Source: a virus. From it: a DNA stretch of 64,000 nucleotides. Below, in pieces: positions 40,992-52,223 of the stretch. How positions within the stretch are numbered: position 1 is the first letter of the stretch; every line of letters starts with the position of its first letter. The stretch lies in the IMG/VR virus record IMGVR_UViG_3300034121_001395; one strand, 5' to 3'. The translations under genes and the position numbers were made by a program. Below the pieces are notes generated by a model, which had not been told where the DNA came from, made no database searches, and worked only from the letters and a program-made list of their open reading frames with translations.

Positions 40992-41266
40992 AATATAAAA
41001 TCACAATCAGCGAAGGATGCACAGCATTCTATACAGAAATCAATGGTAAATTTGTTGGTGGAGAAGATCCACGATACGACTTTACGGAAAAAGAAATCGA
41101 CGAACTTATCGACTATCTTTGCGAGCGATTTAAAGAAGAGCGTAAGATGTGTACAGTACAACTCGATGATTTAATCAAATGCTTTCAACCAGACAGTTGG
41201 CACTATGATGACGAGCCATGTGATCAATGCGGAGATAATGTAAGCTCGCAAACTTGGGAGTTATGA
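40988..41266 (+). CDS. Hypothetical protein with a C-terminal CxxC
   Basis: CDQCGD; coupled to neighbours. Confidence 0.55.
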   Translation: MKYKITISEGCTAFYTEINGKFVGGEDPRYDFTEKEIDELIDYLCERFKEERKMCTVQLDDLIKCFQPDSWHYDDEPCDQCGDNVSSQTWEL

Positions 41267-41922
41267 TTGAAATTTTAGTAGTTAGCGATATTCATCTTGG
41301 AACTTCGGTAAGTCAAAAAGAAAAGGTATTAGAAGTTCTTTCGCTTGATTTTAACACACTACTAATCAACGGTGACTTATTCGATAACTATTCTTTCAAA
41401 CGCTATGACAAGCGTGATTGGAAAATTCTTGGAAAGATTCGTAAACTTTCAAAAACACATAATGTTATTTTAGTTAAGGGCAATCATGACAGTAATGCAG
41501 AATTTTTAAGTGCGATTACTGGCATGGAACTGCTAGAAAATTATGCAACCACAATCAATAACAAAAGATTCTTTTTTGAACATGGTGACAAGTATGATCA
41601 TTGGATAAAACACCGACCATTTTTAACATGGTTTTTTACTGGTATATACTATTGGATACAAAAGTTTGATAGGACACATAGATGTTCAAGGCTTTTAAAA
41701 CGATTGAGCAAATCTTGGATTGAAGCAAAAAATATAGTTTGTAAAAAATTCGTCGAGAAATACGGCAAAAAATATGATGTGCTTCTTGCTGGTCACACCC
41801 ACTATGCAGAAATAAGAAAGATTGATTCTTGCACCTATATAAATTCTGGCTCATTTTGCGAGCATCGCTGTTCTTATGTCGAGATTTATCCTGATGGAAA
41901 ATTTAAATTAAAATACATTTAG
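41263..41922 (+). CDS. Calcineurin-like metallophosphoesterase (LpxH-like)
   Basis: SDIHLG, NGDLFD, GNHD, EHGD, GHTH, NSGS. Confidence 0.88.
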   Translation: MIEILVVSDIHLGTSVSQKEKVLEVLSLDFNTLLINGDLFDNYSFKRYDKRDWKILGKIRKLSKTHNVILVKGNHDSNAEFLSAITGMELLENYATTINNKRFFFEHGDKYDHWIKHRPFLTWFFTGIYYWIQKFDRTHRCSRLLKRLSKSWIEAKNIVCKKFVEKYGKKYDVLLAGHTHYAEIRKIDSCTYINSGSFCEHRCSYVEIYPDGKFKLKYI

Positions 41923-42698
41923 TTGTTTACAAACTGAAGGAACTGTGGTATAATGAGCTTATGCAACCGCTAAGTCCAACTGAAATTTACTCTCTCATCG
42001 AGTATGAGAAATTACGGAATTTTGTCGAGCTTGTGTCGAATGGTAAACGACCAGATGGTTCATACAATTATTGTCGTGAAGCATTGGAAAAGAAAGCTCA
42101 GCAACTGCTGGAAGAATTAAAAGAAATTAAACAAGACGGATTGAGAAATCTTTGCTGATATGAAGCTTTGGAGAATATGGGCTAAAGCAATGGGATCAAA
42201 GATTAGCGACGATGATCGTGAATCTGATGCCGCTGCAATAGTAAGAACAATTTTTTGGATTGTGAATTTGATTACCTGCTTTTTCATTATGGCAAATACA
42301 ATACGACACTGGTAGAATATGAATATAAATGAGTCGGATACAATCATTGAATACAGAGATTGCAATCATAAATTGCACGAAATGTCATTTGACGAGTCAT
42401 TGGAGTATATCAAGAAGTCAATTGCCTCAGTATACGAACGAGGTGCTTCAGAGTTTGTGGTAGTTTGTAATAGACGTGATTATGACTTTTTTTGGTTAAA
42501 TGATTATCAGTAATTGAACTCTAATAAAATATGAATAAAAAACCTAAAGTCACTTATGAATGCTCGTGTTTAAAATACGGAGTTTTGAGAAGTGCTTGCA
42601 GAGGACCACAGGGTTGCCAAGCTGACAGAGATCGTGAAGCGTATTTGGAATCTAAAAAGCCTAAAAGTAAACGTTGGGTCTGGAAAAAACAATAAAAT

Positions 42699-43424
42699 AT
42701 GATTATGACAGATGAAATTACATATTTTTTGCAACGAGGTGATGTCTTGTTGAAAGAAAAATTTGCTGTAAAAAACTTAAATCTGTCATCTGTGTTTTGT
42801 GCATATGACGACATTGTAGATTTTTTTAACAAATTAAATATCTTAAACAGCATTCCGCAAAATTATATTCCTGTGGGGTCAGTAGAGTTTATCAACAAAT
42901 ATGCTGACAATTTTGGAATTGATTTGCCGGAAAACATTTCATATCCAGAATGTTTGCAAAAATACTTAAAAAGAGATTTAAGAAAAGGAATTTTTTTTGG
43001 TGCAAACGACTATGAATTTGTCAAACCCCAATCTACAAAAATATTTACTGGAGCAATTAAAAAAGATTTAAAGGAAAATGTTGTTGATTGGGAACCAGTT
43101 TGGATTTCTGAACCAATGTCTTTTGATGCTGAATTTAGATATTATGTAGTTGATGGTAAAATAGTCGGTCACTCTCGCTATGATGACTTTGAAAATGATT
43201 TATGCGCAGATGAAAACGTTGTAAGACAAATGATTTGTGACTATGCGGATCAACCTATAGGCTATTCAATAGATGTTGGAATAAACAGTGATAACGGTGA
43301 GACCGTTTTGATTGAAGTAAATGATGGTTGGGCATTAGGTTTATATCCTTGGGGAAATATGAGCAATGAAAGTTACGTAGATTTGATTACAAAAAGATGG
43401 AAGCAAATTTTAGATAAAATATGA
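42699..43424 (+). CDS. ATP-grasp domain protein (DUF4343/R2K-like)
   Basis: PVGSVEF, FVKP..TKIFTG, EFRYYV, DVG, LIEVNDGWALG. Confidence 0.75.
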   Translation: MIMTDEITYFLQRGDVLLKEKFAVKNLNLSSVFCAYDDIVDFFNKLNILNSIPQNYIPVGSVEFINKYADNFGIDLPENISYPECLQKYLKRDLRKGIFFGANDYEFVKPQSTKIFTGAIKKDLKENVVDWEPVWISEPMSFDAEFRYYVVDGKIVGHSRYDDFENDLCADENVVRQMICDYADQPIGYSIDVGINSDNGETVLIEVNDGWALGLYPWGNMSNESYVDLITKRWKQILDKI

Positions 43425-43796
43425 ATAAAGACAATACAGAAAAAATTACGTACATTATAATTTTAGCTATTGTAATATACTACTGTTCAATTGTAGTGTG
43501 GGGATTTGCACGCCAGATGGACACTTTGAAAATTGAAGCAGTAGAACGTGGGCATGCTGAATGGAAAATTAAGAGTAATGGAGCAGTAAACTGGCAGTGG
43601 AAGGAACTCAAATAAAATATGATTATGACAACTATTCCTGATAAAGCAGATTTAAAAAGAATCGACAAATACAATTCTTTGGATCAACTTATGATTCTCA
43701 AAGATATCTGTAATAGAATGTATATTGCGCGAAACATTACGCTGTCGCAAGACTCTATGATTGACAACTTAGAAAAACTCGATAGACTGTTTAGAG

Positions 43797-44069
43797 ATGA
43801 AAACTACAATTGATGTTGTTCGAGAATGCTCTGGAGCAATTATGTCAATTTGTTGTATGACTGCAGCTTTACCACAAATTTATAAAGTGCTTAAAACAAA
43901 ACATGCATCAGATCTTTCACCTCATAGTATTTGTATTGGATTGTTATGTGCTGTCTCTGGACTCATATACACACTAACTGGTCCATACGGTGTGTGGTTG
44001 TTAATTAACTGTATAAGTGGTATTATACTCCAGTCTATAGTACTAATTTGTTGGTCAAAATATAAATGA
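43797..44069 (+). CDS. PQ-loop / SemiSWEET-like three-helix membrane protein
   Basis: ALPQIYKVLKTKHASDLS, three hydrophobic helices, Asn in the third helix. Confidence 0.75.
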   Translation: MKTTIDVVRECSGAIMSICCMTAALPQIYKVLKTKHASDLSPHSICIGLLCAVSGLIYTLTGPYGVWLLINCISGIILQSIVLICWSKYK

Positions 44070-44073
44070 TGTT

Positions 44074-47000
44074 ATGAAAGAGATTCAATTTGTATCAGAG
44101 CTAACTGAAGCAGAAGTACGACAACTGCTGTTTGATATTTACGAGCGAGTGCCAATCGCTGGTGAAGATCTTTCCTATTCAGCATTGCCAGATAAAATTA
44201 CACGTGTTGTCAATGAAGCGCATCGTCTCTTTGCACTGGAAGAAGTGGTAACAGCATATATTGTTGAAGAATGTAACAATGGAAACATTGGTGTTCAAGA
44301 TCCGATTAACTTTTTGCTTGCATCTCATCGTATGTTAAGACATAATCTACACGACACATGGAAAGAAGAATATTAATATGAATGAAAAAATTGAGAAAAT
44401 TGCAAAAGCACTTGAGGATGTATCTGATCGTTCTGTGAATGCTATGGAAAATTTAGAACATAAACTAAATGATTTGGATGCTGACACCAAACAAAATAAA
44501 ATTATAATTTGGGTGATAGCATTTATTATTGCTGCAATTATAATCGCACTTAGATCTTAAGCTATGGAAGGTAAATATTTTAGATGTGAATGCCATTGTG
44601 GTGTGCTCTATATGGAGTATGATCCAGATTGGGGTTTAGAGTTTGCAATGTATGAACGTTGTGTTTCACGATCGTGGTGGAATAGAATATACCTCGCTTG
44701 GCGCACGCTCTATGGTCGACCATACACTGATATGATCATCTTGAATGACCAACAGGTTGCAGATCTTGCAGACTACCTGTTTCTTGTACAAAATCCAGAT
44801 CAAACTATAAACAATATATAATACTATGAACTACGATAAACAAGAGCCTATTAAGATTAGTGTTGAAGGTGGTCTGTCTCCAGACAGGACTCTTCAACTT
44901 ACGATGCATCCACATGCTACGATAGAAGAATGGATTGAGACATTCAAGACTATTCTTATTCATCAGACATTTGCAGAAGATACGATAAAAGAATTGTTTG
45001 ATAGAGATTATGACGAATCATGTTATGACGCTGATAACGACGATGATTGTAGCGTAGACGAAACCATCACATACCGATCTTTTAAACAAAATAATTGGAA
45101 ACAAGAATTTTAAAACATATGAAGATTGCAATTAACGAGTGTCATGGAGGATTTGATCTTTCGCCTGAAGCAATGTATTTGTATAGAGAAAGAGCAAATG
45201 TTCCTATAGATTTCCCATTGTATGCTTGGCATATTCCTCGAAATGATGAAAATTTAATAGGAGTAATTGAAGAGTTGGGAGAAACATCTTGGGGGCAATT
45301 TGCCAAACTAAAACTCGTTGAGATTCCAGATGACGTAGAATGGGAAATTGCTGAGTATGATGGAGTTGAATGGGTAGCTGAGAAACATCGCAAATGGAAT
45401 TAAAAAACTTGTGTACATTTTTCGAGTTTTAGTGTATAATTAGGCCATGATTATTGATACATACAGTCCCAGTCCTTGGAGAGTTTTTAAACATCCTTCG
45501 CTGCTGTTTAACAGCTTTTATTGGAGTGATATCAAATACCAAATCAAAGCATGGTTTAATCCACGCCAAAAGTGGCTAACTAAAACTATTCCTAACACAT
45601 GGTGTGACAAGGTAACTCTTATTCCGCACTTACTTTTTACTTGTCTCACACACTATGTAGAAGACGAAAAAGGTCTTCAAGATCATACTGATTGGACTGA
45701 AGATCTTGAAAAAGGATATATCTCGCAAGAGTATGTTGATAGTGTTAAAAACACTGATAATGAGCTTCGTGAAGTTTATAATTATATTAAAACCGAGCGA
45801 CCAGGACTTGAACTACATCTTGAAGTTTCTTATCCAACACCAAGTTCAAAAGCAATCAATGATCTTTTCATTAAAGAGGAAGATGGCAATTGTACAATGA
45901 GAAGCTGTGAAGAGCTTTACGGTATGTCATATAAAGAAGCATATGCTGAGGTTCATCGTCTTGAAGCATTGCTTGAAGAAAAAGATATGTGGGCTATGAA
46001 CACCATCATCAAGCACTATCAAAAAATGTGGACATGAAAAACTACTTCGCAGACAACAACTATGGCATTCGGTTTAAATCCAAAACAGAAGCAATTGAGC
46101 AGTTATGCTTAAAGGTTTTTGGAGCGACTCCTGTTTATGAATCGTCTCTTGAAGAATTAAAAACAGAAACACTAGAGAGTATGTATGCAAAGGTAGTTTC
46201 TGTAGCTTTAGAATGCGATCCAATTCCAGCAAAGGATCGTGCGGATGATAAATTAGAACCACCGTGGGAAGTTTTTGCGCGAGTTAAACGTGAACGTGAC
46301 AAACTGGTATCGGCTTTGTGGTCGATCAGGGAATATTGGAATCGTAACCAGAATGAATCGGCAATGGTTGACGCATGCTGGCATGCAATCTATACTGCTG
46401 AACAAGCACTCGCCGCCGTGGAAGGAGGGAGCGATGAGTGAGGGGCGGATCAGGGTATATGGCCGGAGGCTGTCCAATCGTGAGATTGCGGATTTGCTAC
46501 CTCTTTCAGCCGAACGCCAACGCGAACGCGACATGCTTGTTGAGGAGCAAAACCTATTGAAGCAATGCTTGTCAGCCATGCCAGTCGGCTACATTCCAAC
46601 GCACACAGCGGAGAACTTACCAGAGATGATTTGCGACTTAGCGAAAGCACTTGCTGAAGAAACCACTGAGCGAGAAAATCTCGAACGCGAACTTGCCACC
46701 GTGACTGAGCAACGCGACAGGCTGGCGGAGGCAATACGAAAACACAGAGATGAGCTTGAACTAACTTCTGGCGACTCCGTTGATAGAATTTTATGGAACG
46801 CCCTCGCCGCCGTAAAAGAAAAACAAACAAAAGACAGTCAAAGTTGTCCAGAGTGTGACGCTTTGGCAAGTCATGGATGCAATGATGGACCATGTGAAAC
46901 TCATAAGTTATGAAATATAAATCAGTAGAAGAATTAAACGATAAAATTATGGAAGCTATAGAAGAAGACGACAAATTTGAAACGCAACTGTTTGCAAAAT

Positions 47001-47635
47001 ATCCTGCTCTCTTTCCACGAGATGAAAGTGGTAATCTATTGCCACAAAGCCAACGATGCTGGAACGATTGCCCAGACGGGTGGAGAAATATTGTAGACTC
47101 GTTGTTTGATTGCATCGATGACTATGTAAAGCATCATAAGTATACAGAAGTCAATCCAAAGCGCAAACTGCAATTGAGAATGCGTAAAGCATATTGGAAG
47201 TATGTACGTGATCCAATTTACAGAAAGTTCAATCCATATCGAGACTTTGAAAAGAGATTGCCTAAAGGTGCAAAGTTTGCTTCTCCGAGCAATGAAGAGC
47301 GAGAGAAGATTAATAAAACTTTTGCCTCTCGTATTCGTGCTCTCGTAAGTACTATTGATAGAAAGTTTTTTAATAGACGCGATCTTTACATTGGTGTGTC
47401 TCCTCCCCCTGTAGTTATCGATCAATACAAAGAAAAGTTTGGCACTCTGCGCGTCTATTTTGATGGTGGAGATGATGTTGTTAAAGGCATGGTTCATTAT
47501 GCTGAACATCTGTCTTCGCTTACCTGTCAAGACACTGGAAAGCCTGGACAACTGTGTCGTCGTGGAATGTGGTATGCTACTCTGAGTAAATCACAAGCTA
47601 AAAAGCAAGGATATAAACCGACAAAGGACCAATAA
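44074..47635 (+). other. Run of hypothetical accessory ORFs (44074, 44378, 44564, 44826, 45119, 45447, 46034, 46434, 46910)
   Basis: Contiguous same-strand ORFs; 45119-45403 has VEIPDDVEW..YDG; 46910-47635 has QYKEKFGTLRVY. Confidence 0.6.
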
Positions 47636-47640
47636 AACGT

Positions 47641-48240
47641 ATGAAAAAAAATGACTTTATTGCAAAGGCAATCTCTGAATTGCTAGAAGACGGATTTTCT
47701 ATTCGATTGCCTATGGTAAAGTCTATTGATGGCAAGTATGGTGGTTGGTTTAATGATGATAAGACACAAAAAGAATTTGTAGTCGCGATGAAGCGTGACA
47801 GCGCATTTGAAGTGTTTGTGCATGAATATTGTCACTATCTTCAGTGGAAACATCATCGCAGATTTTTTAATAAAAAGGCAAAGGGATGCGATGTTGTATT
47901 TAGTTGGCTTGACGGTAAACGCTATTCAAAAAAGGTAGTAGCGCAGTCGATACGAGATGCTATAGAACTTGAACTGCATTGTGAACAGCTTGCGTGCAAG
48001 ATGATTAAACAATATAAGTTAGACATTGACCTTGACAATTATATTCGTGGTGCAAACTGCTATCTCTTCTTCTATCATACTGTAGAAAAGTTGAGAGCAT
48101 GGTGCAACAACAGTCGATCACCATATTCAAAGCCGTTGAGAGCATTAGCATCGACACGACTAGAGCCTTTAGATTTTTATCTAGACGCAAATAACTATAG
48201 TGATAAGCTTCGTGCTCGTCATGAAAAGATTTGCAATTAA
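47641..48240 (+). CDS. HExxH zinc-metallopeptidase-like protein
   Basis: FVHEYCHYLQW, LELHCE. Confidence 0.6.
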   Translation: MKKNDFIAKAISELLEDGFSIRLPMVKSIDGKYGGWFNDDKTQKEFVVAMKRDSAFEVFVHEYCHYLQWKHHRRFFNKKAKGCDVVFSWLDGKRYSKKVVAQSIRDAIELELHCEQLACKMIKQYKLDIDLDNYIRGANCYLFFYHTVEKLRAWCNNSRSPYSKPLRALASTRLEPLDFYLDANNYSDKLRARHEKICN

Positions 48241-48341
48241 AAACCCTTTCACGGTGTAAACTGTGAAGCTGTGGAGACGTATTATCCTCTCCTTGTTTGC
48301 TGAGGACAAATAATACTAAAGATAGAAAGGAAACAAAAATA

Positions 48342-48755
48342 ATGATGAAAAAACTGTTGTATACAACTATAACCTCATTATTGCTTCTTGGGACTGCATA
48401 CTCAACGAGTACCGCTCTTAAGAACGCGACAAAGGTGCGCGCACGCATTACATACTACTATTCGGAATCTCCGTGGTGGGATCGTGTAGCATGCCCAAAA
48501 ACCAAAACTGCAAAAAGCGGGGTGACTGTAGCAGCTCATCCCGATTTCAAGATGGGAACGAAGTTATTTATTCCCGGTTTGAAAGGAAAAGTAGGAAATG
48601 GGAGTTTCGTCGTCCAAGATCGTGGTTCGGCCGTTACTCGCAAAAGTGCTGCTCGTGGTCGTGGATATGTCTTTGACATCTACGTTCCAAGAGCATCATA
48701 CACTCAGCTTGTAAAGTCCACTCCTGCCTGGATGGATGTTTATATTCTGAAGTAA
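48342..48755 (+). CDS. Secreted 3D-domain (peptidoglycan-active) protein
   Basis: Signal peptide; TVAAHP..MGTKLFIP, VQDRGSAV, FDIYV. Confidence 0.75.
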   Translation: MMKKLLYTTITSLLLLGTAYSTSTALKNATKVRARITYYYSESPWWDRVACPKTKTAKSGVTVAAHPDFKMGTKLFIPGLKGKVGNGSFVVQDRGSAVTRKSAARGRGYVFDIYVPRASYTQLVKSTPAWMDVYILK

Positions 48756-48892
48756 AAAATACACTCAGCAAACAGGTTTGGGGATAGTGTGGTCATTTGT
48801 ACTACACTATCCCTGTCCCAGGCCTCCCAAGGGCTAAAAATGCCTAAAATATGGTCCCGGGGACGAAAAAAGTGAAAAAAAGTGCATTTTGT

Positions 48893-48946
48893 TGAAAAAA
48901 GTTGTGTACTTTCCGTGGGTTTTATGCTATAATAACCATGTAAGCA
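48893..48946 (+). promoter_or_regulatory. Early promoter cassette, copy 2
   Basis: 53/54 identical to 36534-36587. Confidence 0.85.
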
Positions 48947-48960
48947 CAACCAACCACAAT

Positions 48961-49792
48961 ATGCAAACCACAATTAAGTTCCCTTCCCACGAAGAGATTT
49001 ATAAGCAGATGCTCGAACTTTTCAATGCAAGTGCCAACTGGCGCGGGATGCACAATCGTGAGACGCTCGACGATTTGATCTCTGACTTGGAACAGTATCG
49101 TCGCACTCTTCCAACCGTTGAAGAATATATTGTCCACGATCTTCTCTAATACAAATACCACCACTAATACCATGTCAAACTACCCTAATATGAGCTACTG
49201 CATGTTCGAGAATACCGTTCATGCCATGAAACAAATCGAGAGTGATCTACTAGCTGCTCTCGATGATGGAACATCGCCCGAAGATTATCGTAAAGCATTG
49301 AGTTGCCGTCAAGAGGCAGAAGCATACGATAGACTCAAAGAGATGTGTGAAGATATTCTTAGCATACTTAAGGACATGAATTACAATGATCCTGACTATG
49401 TTGAAATCGACGATGAAGACGATTAAGGAACACAGATATAATACACATATGGAAACGATCTACAATGTTAAAGTACGTACAAACGATGACGATGCATTCA
49501 CTGTCTATCATTTCGATGAAGAAGGTGCCAGGGAGTGCGTTTTTGATTACTTGTCGCAAGGCTTTACGGTCACTATAGTAACTGAAACTTCAGAGGAACT
49601 CTGATACAATAAGATATGCAAACAGACACCGTCGAACAAACTATTGAGAAGCTGATGAAGACTGTTGACGAGCTCATGACGCTCGGTCATGCCGCAATCA
49701 ACTTCATCGATTACGACAAGCATAGCGCTGATCGTATGCACCTTCGCGATAATCTTCTTAACATCACCAAGCGACACAACGAACAATACTAG
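48961..49792 (+). other. Four small early ORFs (48961-49149, 49172-49426, 49449-49604, 49616-49792)
   Basis: Packed ORFs; the last two each have a -10 box 5-6 nt before the ATG. Confidence 0.6.
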
Positions 49793-49900
49793 AAGAAGTC
49801 TTGGACAATATGCTCTCAATGCAATTTAATGTAAAAAGTTGTGTACATCTTCTAAATTTTAAGTTATAATAGTCTCCTAACAACAAAACAAAACAAACAT

Positions 49901-50335
49901 ATGCTAACGCGTGTAAAAGAAATGATTGACGAGTTCAATTCTCGTCCCAATGCTTCCGCTGGCTTTACTGCCAAGGAAGTTTATGAAGTCGGTAAGACCT
50001 TTGGTCTTACTTGTCGTGAAATTGGCCAAACCTTCCTTGGCAAAGACAAGTCGATTGGTTATAGTCGCTATTTGCCGCAAATGCCTCCCGCTGAGGTTAT
50101 TGCAGCAGCAATGAAGGCTGGTCCAAAGAAGCGTGGTCGTAAACCAGGTGCTGCAAAAAAAGTTGCTGCTGAAGTCGTGCCAGAGGTTGTTGAAAAGGCA
50201 AATGATGAGATGCCTTCTTCAAGCGAAGGTGGAGAAGTCTTTTGTTGGATCGCATCTCCTCAAGAGATTGCTGAAGAGTTTGAGTCTCCAGCGCCAGTTA
50301 AAGCCAAAAAACCACGTAAAGTAAAGCGTCTCTGA
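49901..50335 (+). CDS. Hypothetical protein with an AT-hook-like basic motif
   Basis: KKRGRKP; own promoter (TGTACA/TATAAT); followed by hairpin 50358-50392. Confidence 0.6.
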   Translation: MLTRVKEMIDEFNSRPNASAGFTAKEVYEVGKTFGLTCREIGQTFLGKDKSIGYSRYLPQMPPAEVIAAAMKAGPKKRGRKPGAAKKVAAEVVPEVVEKANDEMPSSSEGGEVFCWIASPQEIAEEFESPAPVKAKKPRKVKRL

Positions 50336-50413
50336 TTTAATTTGACGCCTCTTAAAAATCCCAGATGGTAATTTTAAATTGCTGTCTGGGATCTTTCTCT
50401 TATAAATCACTAT

Positions 50414-50776
50414 ATGACAGACACTCATCCTATTCTAGATCGCCTCTATTCAATGTTTTGTGCAAAAGCAAATGTGCACACCTCTGACGTTTTGCAAAAT
50501 CAACTATTTTCAAAGGTGCTCGATTTTGTTGAATGTCAAGATTGTTTTAATAGCATTTCATGGTCTTCAATCGAAAATGGTCATTCAATCAAAGATGCTG
50601 TTTCAGACGTTTATCTATACGTCACTAATGATCGACCACTTCAAGTCAATAAAATTATAGAGTGCGAGTTGTCTGAAAATTATGACGCGCTCTCTGAGCG
50701 CACAGCAGCTCTTGAAGAGCAAGACAACTATCATTTGAGTTTAATCGTTGCGTTTCGCAAAATTATTTTTGGTTAA
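50414..50776 (+). CDS. Hypothetical protein
   Basis: ORF preceded by a TATAAATC late-like box. Confidence 0.5.
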   Translation: MTDTHPILDRLYSMFCAKANVHTSDVLQNQLFSKVLDFVECQDCFNSISWSSIENGHSIKDAVSDVYLYVTNDRPLQVNKIIECELSENYDALSERTAALEEQDNYHLSLIVAFRKIIFG

Positions 50777-50777
50777 T

Positions 50778-51512
50778 ATGACAATAGAGCAAATACGACA
50801 ATATTTTGTAGGTCAATACAAAAGCAAAAATTTTGTAGTTGATAAGAGTGGTGTCACTACACTCGAGCTTGTTGGTGCAAGCTTTTGTGCCAATGAACCA
50901 AGTATCTTTGGTGAAATTAACGATGACTATATTCAACGCGAGTTGGAATGGTATCTTTCGCAAAGTCTCTATGTAAAAGACATTCCAGGTGTTGTTCCTA
51001 AAATTTGGCAAGACGTTTCAAGCCGAGACGGCAAAATCAATTCAAATTATGGTTATCTTGTTTTCAACTCTGAAAACTACGCGCAATATGAAAATGTGTT
51101 AATGGAATTGTCTCGTTCACCAAACAGTCGCCGAGCTGTCATGATCTATACTCGACCAAGCATGCATAGCAACTGGTGTGTAGGCGGCATGAGTGACTTT
51201 ATTTGCACAAATGCAGTGCAATATATGATTCGTAATGGCGCCCTGCAGGTTGTTGTACAGATGCGTAGCAATGATATTTGGGCAGGTTATCGTAATGACT
51301 ATGCGTGGCAAAAGTATGTTCAAGACAAACTCGTCTATGATTATAATTGTGGTACCAAAAAAGCCGATAAGATTGTCCCAGGAAATATCATTTGGCAAGT
51401 CGGCAGTCTACATGCATACGAAAATCAATATTATTTGATTGATCATTATTCTAAAACTGGAGAATTCTACATTTCTAAAAAAGATTATAATATTTTGTAT
51501 AATAAATCTTAA
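50778..51512 (+). CDS. gp42: dCMP hydroxymethylase-like thymidylate synthase family protein
   Basis: GMSDFICTNAVQYMIR, MRSND..GYRNDYAWQ, GSLHAYE closely match T4 gp42, including Asp at the pyrimidine-specificity position. Confidence 0.85.
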   Translation: MTIEQIRQYFVGQYKSKNFVVDKSGVTTLELVGASFCANEPSIFGEINDDYIQRELEWYLSQSLYVKDIPGVVPKIWQDVSSRDGKINSNYGYLVFNSENYAQYENVLMELSRSPNSRRAVMIYTRPSMHSNWCVGGMSDFICTNAVQYMIRNGALQVVVQMRSNDIWAGYRNDYAWQKYVQDKLVYDYNCGTKKADKIVPGNIIWQVGSLHAYENQYYLIDHYSKTGEFYISKKDYNILYNKS

Positions 51513-51541
51513 CGACATAGAGTTTGGTTATAAATACCTAA

Positions 51542-52186
51542 ATGGGATATGTTTATAAATTTACTCACGTCAATACTGGAATGTATTATATAGGAAGTCA
51601 TAATGGAAAAAAGAAAAACTATAGTGGAAGCGGTTTAATTTGGCAAAGAGCAAAATTAAAATACAGTATAGATTCTTTTACTAAAGAATTGTTATATGAA
51701 GGAGATTTTTATAGAGAAGAAGAGGAAAGAATTCTTAAAGAATTAGATGCAGCAAATGATCCGTTATCATATAATATGAAAAATGAAGCATTAGGTGGTT
51801 CATTTCATGGAGAAAAAAATGGAATGTTTGGTAAAAAATTAACTGAAAAACACAAATACAAATGTGGAAATGGATTTAGAGGTAAAAAAAGACCAGATCA
51901 TTCAGAAAAAATGAAAGGTAAAAATAATCCAGCATTTGGTAAATCAGAACATGCATATGGTATAATTGAATGGGCAAAAAATAATGAAGGAAAAACATAT
52001 GATGAAATACACGGAGAAGAAAAAAGTAAAATTTTAAGAAGTAAATTGTCTAAGAGTCAGCGAGGTAAAAAACATAATTTGGCACAAAAGCAATGTCCTC
52101 ATTGTCTATTAGTTGGTAGTGGCCCAAATATGTCACGATACCATTTTAACAATTGTAAAAAATATATTCAAGAACACTCCCTTTGA
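51542..52186 (+). CDS. GIY-YIG (Seg-like) homing endonuclease with NUMOD3-like repeats
   Basis: GYVYKFT...YYIGSH, YSGSG, YNMKN, GEKNGMFGK; C-terminal CPHC; late promoter at 51529. Confidence 0.85.
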   Translation: MGYVYKFTHVNTGMYYIGSHNGKKKNYSGSGLIWQRAKLKYSIDSFTKELLYEGDFYREEEERILKELDAANDPLSYNMKNEALGGSFHGEKNGMFGKKLTEKHKYKCGNGFRGKKRPDHSEKMKGKNNPAFGKSEHAYGIIEWAKNNEGKTYDEIHGEEKSKILRSKLSKSQRGKKHNLAQKQCPHCLLVGSGPNMSRYHFNNCKKYIQEHSL

Positions 52187-52223
52187 TATTTACAAAGCTT
52201 AAAAAACATATATAATAACATCT

